Positions 19,580 through 30,586 of a stretch of 64,000 nucleotides of DNA are shown piece after piece. Below the pieces are notes generated by a model. The model worked only from the letters and a program-made list of their open reading frames with translations, was not told where the DNA came from and made no database searches. Both the position numbers and the translations under genes were made by a program. Positions within the stretch are counted from its first letter, which is position 1; every line of letters begins with the position of its first letter. This DNA comes from Trueperaceae bacterium (GTDB lineage: Bacteria; Deinococcota; Deinococci; Deinococcales; Trueperaceae), in assembly GCA_040905465.1 (NCBI GenBank), contig JBBDRK010000017.1:8208-72207 (forward strand), read 5' to 3'.

Positions 19580-20563
19580 ATGCCGGCCATGGAGAACGGT
19601 GCCCTGCTCGAGTGGCTCCTGGATTCCGACCCAGCGCTGCGCTGGCAGGTGGAGCGAGACCTCGCCCATGCACCCGAGGAGGTGTGGCAGGCGACGCGTG
19701 CCCGGGTCGCGACCGAGGGCTTCGGGGCGAGGTTGCTGGCCCTGCAGGATGCGGACGGGCAGTGGGCCGGCGGGGCGTACTTCCCGGGCGACTTCGATTT
19801 CCACGGTCCCGAGGCGCAGGACGGCGCCGGTCAGCCGTGGACCGCGACGACCTGGTCCCTCAACACGCTGCGTGAATGGGGGCTCGACGCCTCGGTGCTC
19901 GCCGGTACTGCCGACCTCTTGGCGGCCAACAGCCGCTGGGAGTACGAGGGCCTTCCGTACTGGGGCGGCGAGGTGGACTGCTGCATCAACGCCTATACCT
20001 TGGCGAACGGGCTCTGGCTAGGCGCCGATGTCGCCGCTCTGGCGGACTGGTTCGTCGAGAAGCGGATGCCCGAGGGCGGTTGGAACTGTGAGTGGGTCAA
20101 CGGGTCCGTTCGGTCGTCGTTCCACTCGACGCTGAACTCAGTGAAGGGGCTGCTCTACTTTGAGGCGGTCACGGGCGGCACCGAGGCGATCCGGGAGGCA
20201 CGCCGGAGTGGCGAGGAGTACCTGCTCGCGCGCGGTCTGTACCGCCGGCAGACGACCGGCGAGCCGGTGGGGCCGTGGGCTCTGAAGTTCAGCTATCCCT
20301 TCCGCTGGTTCTACAGTTTACTGAACGCCGCCGAGTACTTCCGCGAGGCGTCCCGACTCACGGGAACCGCGCCGGACCCGCGGATGGCAGACGCCATCGA
20401 ACTCATCCGTGAGCAGCGCCAGCCCGACGGCACCTGGCTCCAGACCAGGCGGCACCCAGGGCGGGTCTGGTTCGAGGTCGACGTGCCGGCAGGCGAGCCT
20501 TCGCGCTGGCTCACCGTGTCCGCGATACGTGTGCTCGAGTGGTGGGACGAGGCTCGATCTTGA
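19580..20563 (+). CDS. Prenyltransferase/squalene-cyclase-like alpha-barrel hypothetical protein
   Basis: LLDSDPALRWQ; QDADGQW, MPEGGWNC and RQPDGTW QW-like repeats. Confidence 0.75.
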   Translation: MPAMENGALLEWLLDSDPALRWQVERDLAHAPEEVWQATRARVATEGFGARLLALQDADGQWAGGAYFPGDFDFHGPEAQDGAGQPWTATTWSLNTLREWGLDASVLAGTADLLAANSRWEYEGLPYWGGEVDCCINAYTLANGLWLGADVAALADWFVEKRMPEGGWNCEWVNGSVRSSFHSTLNSVKGLLYFEAVTGGTEAIREARRSGEEYLLARGLYRRQTTGEPVGPWALKFSYPFRWFYSLLNAAEYFREASRLTGTAPDPRMADAIELIREQRQPDGTWLQTRRHPGRVWFEVDVPAGEPSRWLTVSAIRVLEWWDEARS

Positions 20564-20598
20564 CGCGGAGATCGAGGCTTTCTTCCGCCTTCTCGCCC

Positions 20599-20633
20599 GG
20601 AATATTGTAGAAGGAGGTGTTCAGCTCCACGGC
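20599..20633. repeat. 35-bp exact copy of a DUF72 internal segment (10113-10147)
   Basis: GGAATATTGTAGAAGGAGGTGTTCAGCTCCACGGC at both sites, same orientation. Confidence 0.9.
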
Positions 20634-20679
20634 GACTCCGTTTAGTGTCGCACCGGAGGATCTCGGAGAGGAGCAGGGA

Positions 20680-21024
20680 ATGGCGGTAACCGGAACCGAT
20701 AGACAGACGATGGAACGCTGTATCGATCAGTGCCTGGCGGTAGTGAAGTTGGCGTCGAGGTGCTCCGACGAGTGCCTCAAGAGCGACCGGGTAGCGTCGC
20801 TTCGTGACTGCGTCGGCCTGTGTCTCGACGCAGTTGGGGTCGCGGGCTTGTGCGCCGAAATGATGTCGGCTGACTCGCGCTTCGCCATGCGCACTTGCGG
20901 GCTCTGTACGGATGTCTGCCGAAAGTGCGCCGATGAGTGTGCCCGGCACGAAGGCGACACGATGAAGGAGTGCGCCGAGGCGTGCCTGCAGTGCGCCGAT
21001 ACCTGCCGAGCAATGGCCGCTTGA
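20680..21024 (+). CDS. Cys-rich four-helix-bundle copper storage protein (Csp3/DUF326-like)
   Basis: 114 aa with 16 Cys in CxxC/CxxxC spacing; no signal peptide; GAGGAG RBS. Confidence 0.85.
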   Translation: MAVTGTDRQTMERCIDQCLAVVKLASRCSDECLKSDRVASLRDCVGLCLDAVGVAGLCAEMMSADSRFAMRTCGLCTDVCRKCADECARHEGDTMKECAEACLQCADTCRAMAA

Positions 21025-21245
21025 CGAGTACCTGATCGCCACCGAGGGCGGCCAGGCATGGCGGGGTCCGGGGTGATGGAAGCTGGACGGCCGCCCGCGA
21101 CAGACCGGCAACTGCCGTGCCAACGTCTACGCCGGTGACGGGGTTACCTTATGCTGTTGTAAGTCTCAATCTCCGATCGGAGTTGGCCGACTTCGCAAGG
21201 ATTGAGTTAGAGACGAAAGGATAGCGGTGAAGAGGAGGGTCTGAA

Positions 21246-21464
21246 GTGAGCAATGAACTTACGGCGGTTGTTGAGCGAGACGGCGACTGGTTCATCGCAT
21301 ACTCTCCCGAGGTCCCTGGCGCCAATGGGCAGGGTTCCACCAAGGAGGAGTCGCTGGAGAGTCTTTCGTAGGCGATAAGGCTCATATTGGAGGACAGACG
21401 TGAGGACGGTCTTCGCGGAGTCCCGCGCGATGCCATGGTCAAGAGAATTTGGTCGAGAGAATAA
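21246..21464 (+). pseudogene. hicB: HicB antitoxin with in-frame TAG
   Basis: Own translation: MSNELTAVVERDGDWFIAYSPEVPGANGQGSTKEESLESLS*AIRLILEDR; TAG at 21369-21371. Confidence 0.85.
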
Positions 21465-21471
21465 ACGTCGG

Positions 21472-21663
21472 TTGAAGCGAGCGGCGCTGCTGCGACACCT
21501 GCGAAGACATGGGTGTGTGCTCAAGCGTGAGGGCAGGTCACATTCGCTGTAGCTAAGGACCTCTTCTGGAGCAGTGGAGACGGTACCTCGCCATTCTGAA
21601 ATTGCTGATGTTCTCGCCTATAAGATTTGTCAGAGGCTATCGGTGCCAAGGCCGGGAGGTTGA
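21472..21663 (+). pseudogene. hicA: HicA toxin with in-frame TAG
   Basis: Own translation: MKRAALLRHLRRHGCVLKREGRSHSL*...ETVPRHSEI...KICQRL; TAG at 21550-21552. Confidence 0.85.
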
Positions 21664-21748
21664 CTCGACCTTGCCCTACAGGTATCACCCTGCGGTAAAC
21701 TCAGCCCCAACAAGGTGACGCCTGTCGCACCTCAATGGAGAAGCCGAT

Positions 21749-22791
<1,043 letters not shown>

Positions 22792-22850
22792 GGCCTCGGC
22801 CAGCGACCCTTTTCGGGACAGGCGCGTCGGCGCCTGCGATCAAGGGAATT

Positions 22851-22952
22851 CATCTCGGACAGCAATCGTGGACGGGGATTCGTCTCCGGGATCGCCTTGT
22901 TCAAACAAGAGGTATCGAGTTCCATCACGATGCCTGTCGTAGCGATGCGGCC
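22851..22952 (-). pseudogene. Fragment of a PHP histidinol-phosphatase paralogous to 56748-56850
   Basis: RIATTGIVMELDTSCLNKAIPETNPRPRLLSEM versus RIAATGIAMELNTSGLNKAIPEMNPSPRILSEM. Confidence 0.85.
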
Positions 22953-22969
22953 CTGCCGCGGCATCTGAG

Positions 22970-23055
22970 TTGACACCACCAGTCGTAAGTGATACAACCT
23001 TCACATCAAACATTGAATGAATCTGACCGGAATCCAGCACCGTAATCCAGCACCG
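22970..23055 (+). promoter_or_regulatory. Putative promoter of the FadR-oxidoreductase-ABC operon
   Basis: TTGACA-N17-TACAAC with extended TG; 12-bp direct repeat AATCCAGCACCG at 23031 and 23044. Confidence 0.5.
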
Positions 23056-23061
23056 GAATGA

Positions 23062-23769
23062 ATGCTCCCAATGACCACTAGAAATCGCAACCGCCACCTG
23101 ACCTACGAACCCGTGATCGAGTTGATCAAGGCCCAACTCCTCGAGGGGAAGCTGCGTCCTGGTGATCAGTTGCCGACCATCGCCGAGCGGGCGGCGCACT
23201 TGGGAGTCAGCCACGGGTCGGTGCGCGAGGCGTACCGCGTTCTCGAGAGTCGCGGCATTCTCGAGGTAGTTCAGGGCCGCGGGACCTTTGTGGCCTCCAC
23301 GATCGGTTCCAGCAGTGAAGTCCTCGACCGGCTGCGCCTTACCGGCAACCCGACCCGCGCGCACCTCCTGGAGGCGCGCCGATTGCTCGAGCCCCGTGCA
23401 GCAGCCCTTGCCGCCATCCGTGCGACACGCGCGGAGCGTGACGCAATTCTTCGAACCGTGGACGAGGAAGAGGCAAAGACCCTGAGCGTGAGCGAATGGG
23501 TCGAACTGAACCTCAAGTTCCACAGCCTGATCGTGCTCGCAGCGCACAACCCGGTCATCTCTCAGATGCTCACCAGCATCTACGAGCTCTTCAAGGAGAG
23601 TGAACCTCACCCCGCCGAGCTCCCTATCGTCCGCGAAAAAGGGAGGCTCTTCCACCGGCTGATCGCCTTCGCCATCGACGACCAGGACGCCGAGTCTGCC
23701 GAAGGGCTGATGTATCACCACATCGAAAGCGTCGAGCGCATTTTGGCCACGGAGGAGCTCGGCAAGTGA
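23062..23769 (+). CDS. FadR/GntR family regulator
   Basis: LRPGDQLPT...LGVSHGSVREA...GRGTFV; FCD domain FH...AHN. Confidence 0.9.
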   Translation: MLPMTTRNRNRHLTYEPVIELIKAQLLEGKLRPGDQLPTIAERAAHLGVSHGSVREAYRVLESRGILEVVQGRGTFVASTIGSSSEVLDRLRLTGNPTRAHLLEARRLLEPRAAALAAIRATRAERDAILRTVDEEEAKTLSVSEWVELNLKFHSLIVLAAHNPVISQMLTSIYELFKESEPHPAELPIVREKGRLFHRLIAFAIDDQDAESAEGLMYHHIESVERILATEELGK

Positions 23770-23837
23770 TGTCCTCACCTGGCCAGATCCTCGAACACCA
23801 CGAAACCACCGACTCCAGAAGCGTTAAGGGGAATTGA

Positions 23838-25232
23838 GTGCCACAAAGTCTTGGAAAGAAGAAGTTCGACGTCGTCGTAGTGGGTGCGGGGAGCGCCGGC
23901 GTTTCGGCCGCATTGGCCGCGTCGAGAAATGGCGCGCGAACGCTCCTCGTCGAGAGTGGCCCGATGGTTGGCGGGGAGTTGCTCAGCGGCCTGCCGATCG
24001 ATGGAGCCCTCAACGCCCACGGTGAGTGGATCGTTGGGGGCGTCGTTCGCGAGTTGCTCGAAGCGAGTTCCCAACTCGATGGCTACGTCGGTCCGGTGTT
24101 CGACTGGCGTCTCAACTGGGGGGTCTGCTTCGACCCGGAGATCCTGAAGCTCGTACTGATCGAGGCCCTCGCGCGCCAGAAGGTCACGACTCTTCTCTAC
24201 ACCCTGGCCGAAGACGTCGTCGTCAGTAACGGGAAGATCGAGGGCCTGATAGTCGTCAATAAGAACGGGCGCACGCTGATCGAGGCCGACGTCTTCATCG
24301 ATTGCTCCGGCGACGCCGACCTTGCCATCAACGCTGGTGCGAAGTTCATGAAGGGCGGGACGGCCGGAGAGTTGCAGCCGGTGAGCCTCATCTTCCGCAT
24401 GGGGAATGTGGACTACGGCAAATACCTAGAGTTCATGCGCGATAATCCCGATCAGTTCATCCTTGCGGAGAATCCGGTAATCGATCGGTCGCCGAGCGAG
24501 TGCGCCGCAGAAGTGCACAAGGCCGGCTTGCCGTTTTCGGTACTCGGAGCGCACGGCCGGCTGATGAGCACCGCCATCGACGAGGGCAGGATGTTCGAGA
24601 CGACTGCCATCTACATGTGGCCAACGTCCTTGCCGCGTAAGGAAGTCGGCCTCAACGCCACTCGGTTGGCCAATCTCGATGCTACCAACGTCGACGCCCT
24701 CAGCGCCGCACTGTCCACGCTCAGCAAACAGGTGGGGCAGTGTCAGTCGTTTCTTCACGACTGCGTTCCCGGGTTCGAAGATGCGCACCTCTCGGGCGTC
24801 GCCCCGCGCGTGGGCATTCGGGAGACCAGGCGGGTCGTCGGCGAATACGAGCTGTCCACGGATGACGTTCTCGAGGGGCGCAAGTCTGCCGAGGGAGTGG
24901 CGAAGGGCGCGCACCACGTCGACCTGCATGGCAGCGGTAGGGACCAGGAACGTATTCCCGTGAAGGAGGGACGATCGTACGACATCCCCTTCGGTTGTCT
25001 GATCCCCAAGGGGCTCGACAACGTGCTCGTTGCCGGACGATGCCTCTCCTCCTCGCGTGAGGCGAACGGCTCGGCTCGAGTAATGGGGCCGTGCATGGCG
25101 ACTGGACAGGCCGCCGGTACCGCCGCCGCACTGAGTACGCAGAACTCGTGGGCGAGCATGAGAGACATCCCGGTAGAACAGCTACGCGAAACGCTCAAGG
25201 CCCAAGGAGGAGTCGTCGACGGAACCAAGTGA
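23838..25232 (+). CDS. FAD-dependent oxidoreductase (FAD_oxidored-type)
   Basis: DVVVVGAGSAG, FIDCSGDADLA, GIRETRRVVG, YDIPFGCLIP, VAGRCLS, RVMGPCMATGQAAG. Confidence 0.88.
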   Translation: MPQSLGKKKFDVVVVGAGSAGVSAALAASRNGARTLLVESGPMVGGELLSGLPIDGALNAHGEWIVGGVVRELLEASSQLDGYVGPVFDWRLNWGVCFDPEILKLVLIEALARQKVTTLLYTLAEDVVVSNGKIEGLIVVNKNGRTLIEADVFIDCSGDADLAINAGAKFMKGGTAGELQPVSLIFRMGNVDYGKYLEFMRDNPDQFILAENPVIDRSPSECAAEVHKAGLPFSVLGAHGRLMSTAIDEGRMFETTAIYMWPTSLPRKEVGLNATRLANLDATNVDALSAALSTLSKQVGQCQSFLHDCVPGFEDAHLSGVAPRVGIRETRRVVGEYELSTDDVLEGRKSAEGVAKGAHHVDLHGSGRDQERIPVKEGRSYDIPFGCLIPKGLDNVLVAGRCLSSSREANGSARVMGPCMATGQAAGTAAALSTQNSWASMRDIPVEQLRETLKAQGGVVDGTK

Positions 25233-25310
25233 TCCGATGTTGACCCATGTCGAGTGGCCGCCGTATCGCCGGTGCGGCGGCCGAAGTCTCAGAGTAAGGG
25301 AGAGAAGCTA

Positions 25311-26588
25311 GTGAGCATATTCAAGACCTTTTCCCGCCGTACATACGAGGTATTTCTTGTCGCTGCAGCGGCCGCGTTCTTTAGCGGCGCGCTTGCCCAA
25401 GAGACGGTCACGCTCCTCATCCACCCCACGCTCTACGGGGCAACCGGGGGAGACGAGGGCGTCATAAAGGCGTTCACCGAAGAGACCGGAATCAGAGTAA
25501 ACGTGGTAACGGCTCCGACCGATCAGCTCCGCGAAAAGGCCGTGATCGAGTACGTGGGCGGAACCGGGCAGTACGACGTAGCCACGCTGCAGGACGCCTG
25601 GATGAACGAGGAGATCACCGCATTTCTCGAGCCGTTGAGCCAGCGTGTCGAGCAGTTGGATGAAAGTTACGATTTCGACGACCTGGTCACGTCGCTCGTG
25701 GGAGTAAACACGGTCGACGGGCAGCTCGTGGCCGTTCCGTTCCGCGGCGGCACCACCATGCTCTACTACCGCACCGACTTCCTGGAAGCGGCCGGAGTCG
25801 AACCGCCGCAAACGATTGAAGAGCTCTATGAAGCGGCCGAGGCTCTTACGCTGGATCAAGACGGCGACGGCACAACGGACGTCTACGGGCTGGTGCTGAG
25901 AGGGAAGCCGGGCTTCGAGGTAACCCAGGACTTCACTCGCATCCTGTTTGCCAACGGCGGCTCGGTGTTGACTGAAGACCTGAGCGGTTGTGCCCTCGAG
26001 GAACCCGAGAGCGTGGAGACAATCCAGTTTTGGCAAGATGTCCTTCAGAATGGCTACATTCCGCCCGACACTCTGTCCCTCGGGCGCGACGACCAGATTC
26101 GGGTTCTTCAGACCGGCGGCGCGGCCATGGGGATCTACTTCTCGCCCTACTACGGACGTATCATCTCGGAGCTCGATCCGAGCCTCGTCGGTTGGGCAGT
26201 CACGCCGACGGCCGAAGGCGTCACGAGCGGCCGGAGCCTGAACACGCTCTGGAGCCTGGCCATCGACCGAAACAGTGACAGCAAAGACGCCGCATGGCAA
26301 CTCGTCCAGTGGCTCACCAACACGGAGAATCAGATCGAGATGGCTGTGAAGTATGCCAACGCGCCAGTACGCGAGTCGACCTACGTCGACGAGAGCTTCA
26401 TCGGAAAGAATCCCCTCGGGCCGGAGTGGCTGCAGGCTACGGCGGCTTCGCGCTTCGAGCCCACGCATCCTCGTTTTCCCGAAATCGCCGACATAATTTC
26501 CGTCGAGCTGACCGGCGCGATGGAAGGCAGGAGGACGGCCGAGGAAGCCGCCGCAAGAATGTGCCGGCAAGTCGATCGGCTTCTCTAA
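25311..26588 (+). CDS. Carbohydrate ABC substrate-binding protein
   Basis: Signal peptide ending ALAQ; VPF...LYYRTD, PPQTIEEL, KDAAWQLVQWL. Confidence 0.9.
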   Translation: MSIFKTFSRRTYEVFLVAAAAAFFSGALAQETVTLLIHPTLYGATGGDEGVIKAFTEETGIRVNVVTAPTDQLREKAVIEYVGGTGQYDVATLQDAWMNEEITAFLEPLSQRVEQLDESYDFDDLVTSLVGVNTVDGQLVAVPFRGGTTMLYYRTDFLEAAGVEPPQTIEELYEAAEALTLDQDGDGTTDVYGLVLRGKPGFEVTQDFTRILFANGGSVLTEDLSGCALEEPESVETIQFWQDVLQNGYIPPDTLSLGRDDQIRVLQTGGAAMGIYFSPYYGRIISELDPSLVGWAVTPTAEGVTSGRSLNTLWSLAIDRNSDSKDAAWQLVQWLTNTENQIEMAVKYANAPVRESTYVDESFIGKNPLGPEWLQATAASRFEPTHPRFPEIADIISVELTGAMEGRRTAEEAAARMCRQVDRLL

Positions 26589-26595
26589 CTCGCCG

Positions 26596-27519
26596 ATGGT
26601 TGAAAAAAGGCTCGGATCAACGACGTCGAGAGGTTGGGGCATTCGCCCCGGCCTCTCCCGGCAAGCGGTACCTTATCTTCTCCTCGTCCCATCCGCTCTT
26701 CTTCTCGGCACTGTACTCGTGTACCCGCTCGTCTATAACGTATATCTTTCGTTCTTTTCCTGGCGCTACACCAATCCGGATGCAACACGCTTCGTCTGGT
26801 TCGAGAACTACATCCGGCTGTTTTCCGACCAGACATTCTGGCAGGTCTCTCAGTTCACCCTGTACTTCGTTGTGCTCACCATCTTGCTCGAGTTCGTATT
26901 CGGTCTGCTCAGCGCCCTGCTTCTCGCCTCGCTGTTCAAGAGTCGGAAGTGGCTCGCAACGGTCTTGCTCCTGCCTTACCTGATCGCACCGATCGCGGTT
27001 GGCCTCAATTGGCGTTTGCTGTGGAACTACGACTTCGGGCTAGTCAACTGGCTCCTCGGGCTTCTGGCTATCGCCCCCGTGAACTGGCTTGGCAACTCCG
27101 ACCTGAGCCAACTGGCGGTCGTGATAACCGAGGTGTGGCGCTCTACTCCGTTCGTGTCCATCATCCTCCTCGCGGGCTTGACGGCAATACCCAAGGAATC
27201 GTTGGAAGCGGCCAGAATGGACGGCGCGAACGCGTGGGATGAACTTTTCCATGTGATTCTTCCGCTTCTTCGTCCATCGCTCACGATTGCCCTGCTGTTC
27301 CAGACGATCGTGAAATTGAGGGTGTTCGACCTCGTCTACATAATGACGGGAGGCGGTCCCGGCGTCGCCACTACCCCCTACGGCATCCACATCTACCGCA
27401 CGTACTTCCGGTACTTCGACGGAGGTCAGGCCGCCACCATCGCAGTCGTACTGATGATTCTCGGAGCCTTGATCAGTGTGGCTTACATCAGGCTCGTCTA
27501 CCGAGAGGTTCAGCACTAA
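26596..27519 (+). CDS. Carbohydrate ABC permease (MalF-like)
   Basis: FENYIRL, VWRSTPF, EAARMDGA, MTGGGPG. Confidence 0.92.
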   Translation: MVEKRLGSTTSRGWGIRPGLSRQAVPYLLLVPSALLLGTVLVYPLVYNVYLSFFSWRYTNPDATRFVWFENYIRLFSDQTFWQVSQFTLYFVVLTILLEFVFGLLSALLLASLFKSRKWLATVLLLPYLIAPIAVGLNWRLLWNYDFGLVNWLLGLLAIAPVNWLGNSDLSQLAVVITEVWRSTPFVSIILLAGLTAIPKESLEAARMDGANAWDELFHVILPLLRPSLTIALLFQTIVKLRVFDLVYIMTGGGPGVATTPYGIHIYRTYFRYFDGGQAATIAVVLMILGALISVAYIRLVYREVQH

Positions 27520-28356
27520 ATGACGCCGCTACTCTTCCAGGGAAAACGCAGTCCGCTCAAGTGGTTGCTTGTCGTACTCTTCGCTGCATCATCCGTAATT
27601 CCTATCGCCTGGCTGATCGTCACGTCACTCAAGACCCGCCTGGACATATTTGCCTTTCCGCCCAAGTTTCTCTTCTCTCCCAACCTCGACTCGTACCGAA
27701 AGTTCCTTTCGTTCGGCTCCGAGTCGATCCTCCCATTCCTCATGAACAGCATCGTGATAGCCGTCTTCGCGACGCTCCTTACCACCGTTGCCGGCAGCCT
27801 GGCGGCCTACGCGTTCTCACGGATGACGTTCGCTGGCCGGCTGCCGCTACTCATGGGCGTGCTCGCCACCCGGTTGCTTCCTCCCATTACAGCGGTGATA
27901 CCTCTGTTCCTGTTGATGCGAGATCTGAATCTGCTGGACACCCATCTCGGTCTCGTCATCATCTACGGCGCAATAAACGTGCCGTTCGCGATATGGATAC
28001 TCAAGTCGTTCTTCGACACCATTCCCAGGGAGCTGGAAGAATCGGCGCTCGTCGACGGCTGCACGATGATCAACGCACTGCGCCACATCACCCTTCCCCT
28101 CGCCCTGCCCGGCGTGGCAGCCACGGCTACGTTCATCTTTATCCTGGCCTGGAACGAGTTTACTTTCGCCTTCCTGTTCACCAGCGTCGATGCCAAAACG
28201 ATGCCCGTCATCATTGCGGAAACCTTGGGAGAGATGGAGATCTACTGGCAGGACATGAGCGCCATGGCAACGTTGATCGCCCTCCCAGGCTTGCTCTTCG
28301 CCTTCTTCATGCAGCGCTATCTGGTAAGTGGCCTGACGGCCGGGGCGATCAAGTAG
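27520..28356 (+). CDS. Carbohydrate ABC permease (MalG-like)
   Basis: IPRELEESALVDG, AWNEF, QRYLVSGLTAGAIK. Confidence 0.92.
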   Translation: MTPLLFQGKRSPLKWLLVVLFAASSVIPIAWLIVTSLKTRLDIFAFPPKFLFSPNLDSYRKFLSFGSESILPFLMNSIVIAVFATLLTTVAGSLAAYAFSRMTFAGRLPLLMGVLATRLLPPITAVIPLFLLMRDLNLLDTHLGLVIIYGAINVPFAIWILKSFFDTIPRELEESALVDGCTMINALRHITLPLALPGVAATATFIFILAWNEFTFAFLFTSVDAKTMPVIIAETLGEMEIYWQDMSAMATLIALPGLLFAFFMQRYLVSGLTAGAIK

Positions 28357-28419
28357 GGCTCTGGGCGGTTCTTACCGAACGAACGACAGCTAGCTGAACC
28401 AGCAATCCGCGTTCCCTGC

Positions 28420-28881
28420 TTGACTCCCGCCTTAGCCGACTACCTCGCCTTCGACTGGAACGCGATGGACGCATGGTACGAGGAGGTGGATGTTCACCCC
28501 CGTGACCCGTTCCATCGGGTCGACACCAGGCGCTCGTCCCGTCATCTCAGGCTGGAGTTGGGCGGACTCGTCGTGGCGGAGACCAGGCGGCCGACGTTGC
28601 TGTTCGAGACGTCTTTGCCGACGCGCTACTACATCCCGCCCACCGATGTTCGTCTGGAGCTGCTCGAGCCGAGCGACCACACCACCGGTTGCCCTTACAA
28701 GGGACACGCCCGTTATTACAACGTCCGTTTGGGCGACGAGCTACATCGCAATCTCGTGTGGAGCTACTCCACTCCCAGGGCGGCGGCACTCGACATCGCC
28801 GGAATGATGGCGTTCTACACGGAGAAGCTCGAGGCCCTCTACATCGACGGTGAGAAGGTGAAGAAGCCCGCGGTGTTCTGA
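28420..28881 (+). pseudogene. DUF427 protein, apparently missing its first domain
   Basis: HPRDPFHRVD, LFETSLPTRYYIP, CPYKGHARYY; begins in the inter-domain linker. Confidence 0.65.
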
Positions 28882-28968
28882 CGGCGACTCGGTGTTGCTG
28901 ATATCATGGAAGGCCGTCCCGTAGTCCGAGTCCTTCGGCTCGATCGATTGCTCTATCGCCGGCCTTTG

Positions 28969-29472
28969 CTAAGTTCGTCGTCTGTAGTGCGTGACCATAA
29001 ACTCGCGCCAGCTGCCGTCGTCCTCCCGAACCAGCCCGCGCAGAATCCGCTGGTCGTCACTCTTTAGCTCGATCACGTCGCGGTAGGGGAGCATCCTGCC
29101 GTCGCCGCTCATGCTCGGCCCCTCGCAGTCGAGGTTCAGCGCCGACCCGTCTTCACTCAGGTGCCCGTCGTAGACCCAAAGGTGCGTCATCATCGAGCCG
29201 AACCACGTCCCCACGAACCGCTGTTTGGCCGGGTCGAAGCCCAGCGTCATGAGCGATCGATGCGGTTTGCCGTCCCCCACCTGGTGGCTCCCCTCGGCCA
29301 GGTACCAGATGTCACCCAGTGCACGCACCGTCTCGCTGCCGGTGAACTCCGGCTGCCCCGGAGTCGACTCCAATTCGAACGTCCACTCTCCAACCAGCCG
29401 TTGAAGCCAACGGTGTTCAGACTGGGGCTCGACCGACGGGATGGCTTGCGTGTTCTCCTGACTCGTGTCCAT
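28969..29472 (-). CDS. DUF1579-like protein
   Basis: PQSEHRWLQRLVGEW, LGFDPAKQRFVGTWFGSMMT. Confidence 0.8.
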   Translation of the reverse strand: MDTSQENTQAIPSVEPQSEHRWLQRLVGEWTFELESTPGQPEFTGSETVRALGDIWYLAEGSHQVGDGKPHRSLMTLGFDPAKQRFVGTWFGSMMTHLWVYDGHLSEDGSALNLDCEGPSMSGDGRMLPYRDVIELKSDDQRILRGLVREDDGSWREFMVTHYRRRT

Positions 29473-29656
29473 ATATCCTCCCTCGACCTACGACTGCTGC
29501 CGCCTTCCCCTCTCCTGTTGACCCCAGGCTGAATACGCTCCGCAGAGCAAGTCTAGACCTTAGAGACGTCTGGTGGTCGGCGGAAAAGCGCTACAATCGA
29601 CCTCCTTCCGGTAGTCTCCCTGGAAATCCAAGAATTGGAAGCCTTTGAGGTGACAA

Positions 29657-30586
29657 GTGGACCGTTCGACGTGGACTCGTGGCGGCTGGAACGTTGGACG
29701 CCTGGTTCTGGCCGCGTTCGTCGTGGAAGCTCTGTTGGCCGGTGGTAACGGGATTGCGGTGCGCTTCAGCAACCGGGAACTGCCTCCCCTGTGGGGTGCG
29801 AGCCTGCGTTTCTGGCTCGCGGCCCTTCTGCTGGCGTCCCTGATGATCGGGCTGAAGCTGGCGCTTCCTCGTGGGCGCGCATTGGTGGGATCGCTCATTT
29901 ACGGCCTGCTGCAGTTCGCCGGGGCGTTCGGGCTGATGTACTACGCGCTGGTAAATGTCCAGGCCGGGCTTGGCCAGACGCTGTTGGCGTTGGTGCCCCT
30001 GGCCGCGTTGCTCCTCGCGGTCGCCCAGCGGCAGGAGCGGCTTCGGGCTGCGTCGGTGGTTGGTGCTCTGCTGGGGCTTGCGGGGGTGGCGCTGATGTCC
30101 CTGGGGCCGTTGGGCCAGCAGATTCCGCTGCTGTCGCTGCTCGCCATTCTCGGGAGCGTGCTGTGTTTCGGGCAGGCGCTGGTGGTGGTGCGGCGCTTTC
30201 CGCCGGTTCATCCGGTCGCCATGAACGCCGTGGGGATGGCGGCTTCCGCTGTAGTGCTGCTTGGGGCCTCGGTGCTCTTCGGCGAGGTGCGGGAGGTTCC
30301 TCGGCTGACCTCGACCTGGGTCGCGCTCGGTTACGTTTCGGCTATCGGTTCGGTCGTGGTTTTCCTGTTGTACGTCTACGTGGTGCAGCGTTGGAGCGCT
30401 TCTCGCGCGTCGTACGTGATGGTGCTTATCCCGTTCGTCACCGTGGCCCTTTCCGCGTGGCTGGATAAGGAACCGATTACGAGCGGGCTCGTTTTCGGAG
30501 GTGCATTGGTTCTGGCCGGCGTCTACTTCGGTGCATTACGGCCTTCCAAGGCGCTTCGCCCTGCCCATCCGGCGCCGGCCAGCTAG
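29657..30586 (+). CDS. DMT/EamA family transporter
   Basis: About 10 hydrophobic segments; PPLWGASLRF; two-fold internal repeat. Confidence 0.88.
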   Translation: MDRSTWTRGGWNVGRLVLAAFVVEALLAGGNGIAVRFSNRELPPLWGASLRFWLAALLLASLMIGLKLALPRGRALVGSLIYGLLQFAGAFGLMYYALVNVQAGLGQTLLALVPLAALLLAVAQRQERLRAASVVGALLGLAGVALMSLGPLGQQIPLLSLLAILGSVLCFGQALVVVRRFPPVHPVAMNAVGMAASAVVLLGASVLFGEVREVPRLTSTWVALGYVSAIGSVVVFLLYVYVVQRWSASRASYVMVLIPFVTVALSAWLDKEPITSGLVFGGALVLAGVYFGALRPSKALRPAHPAPAS

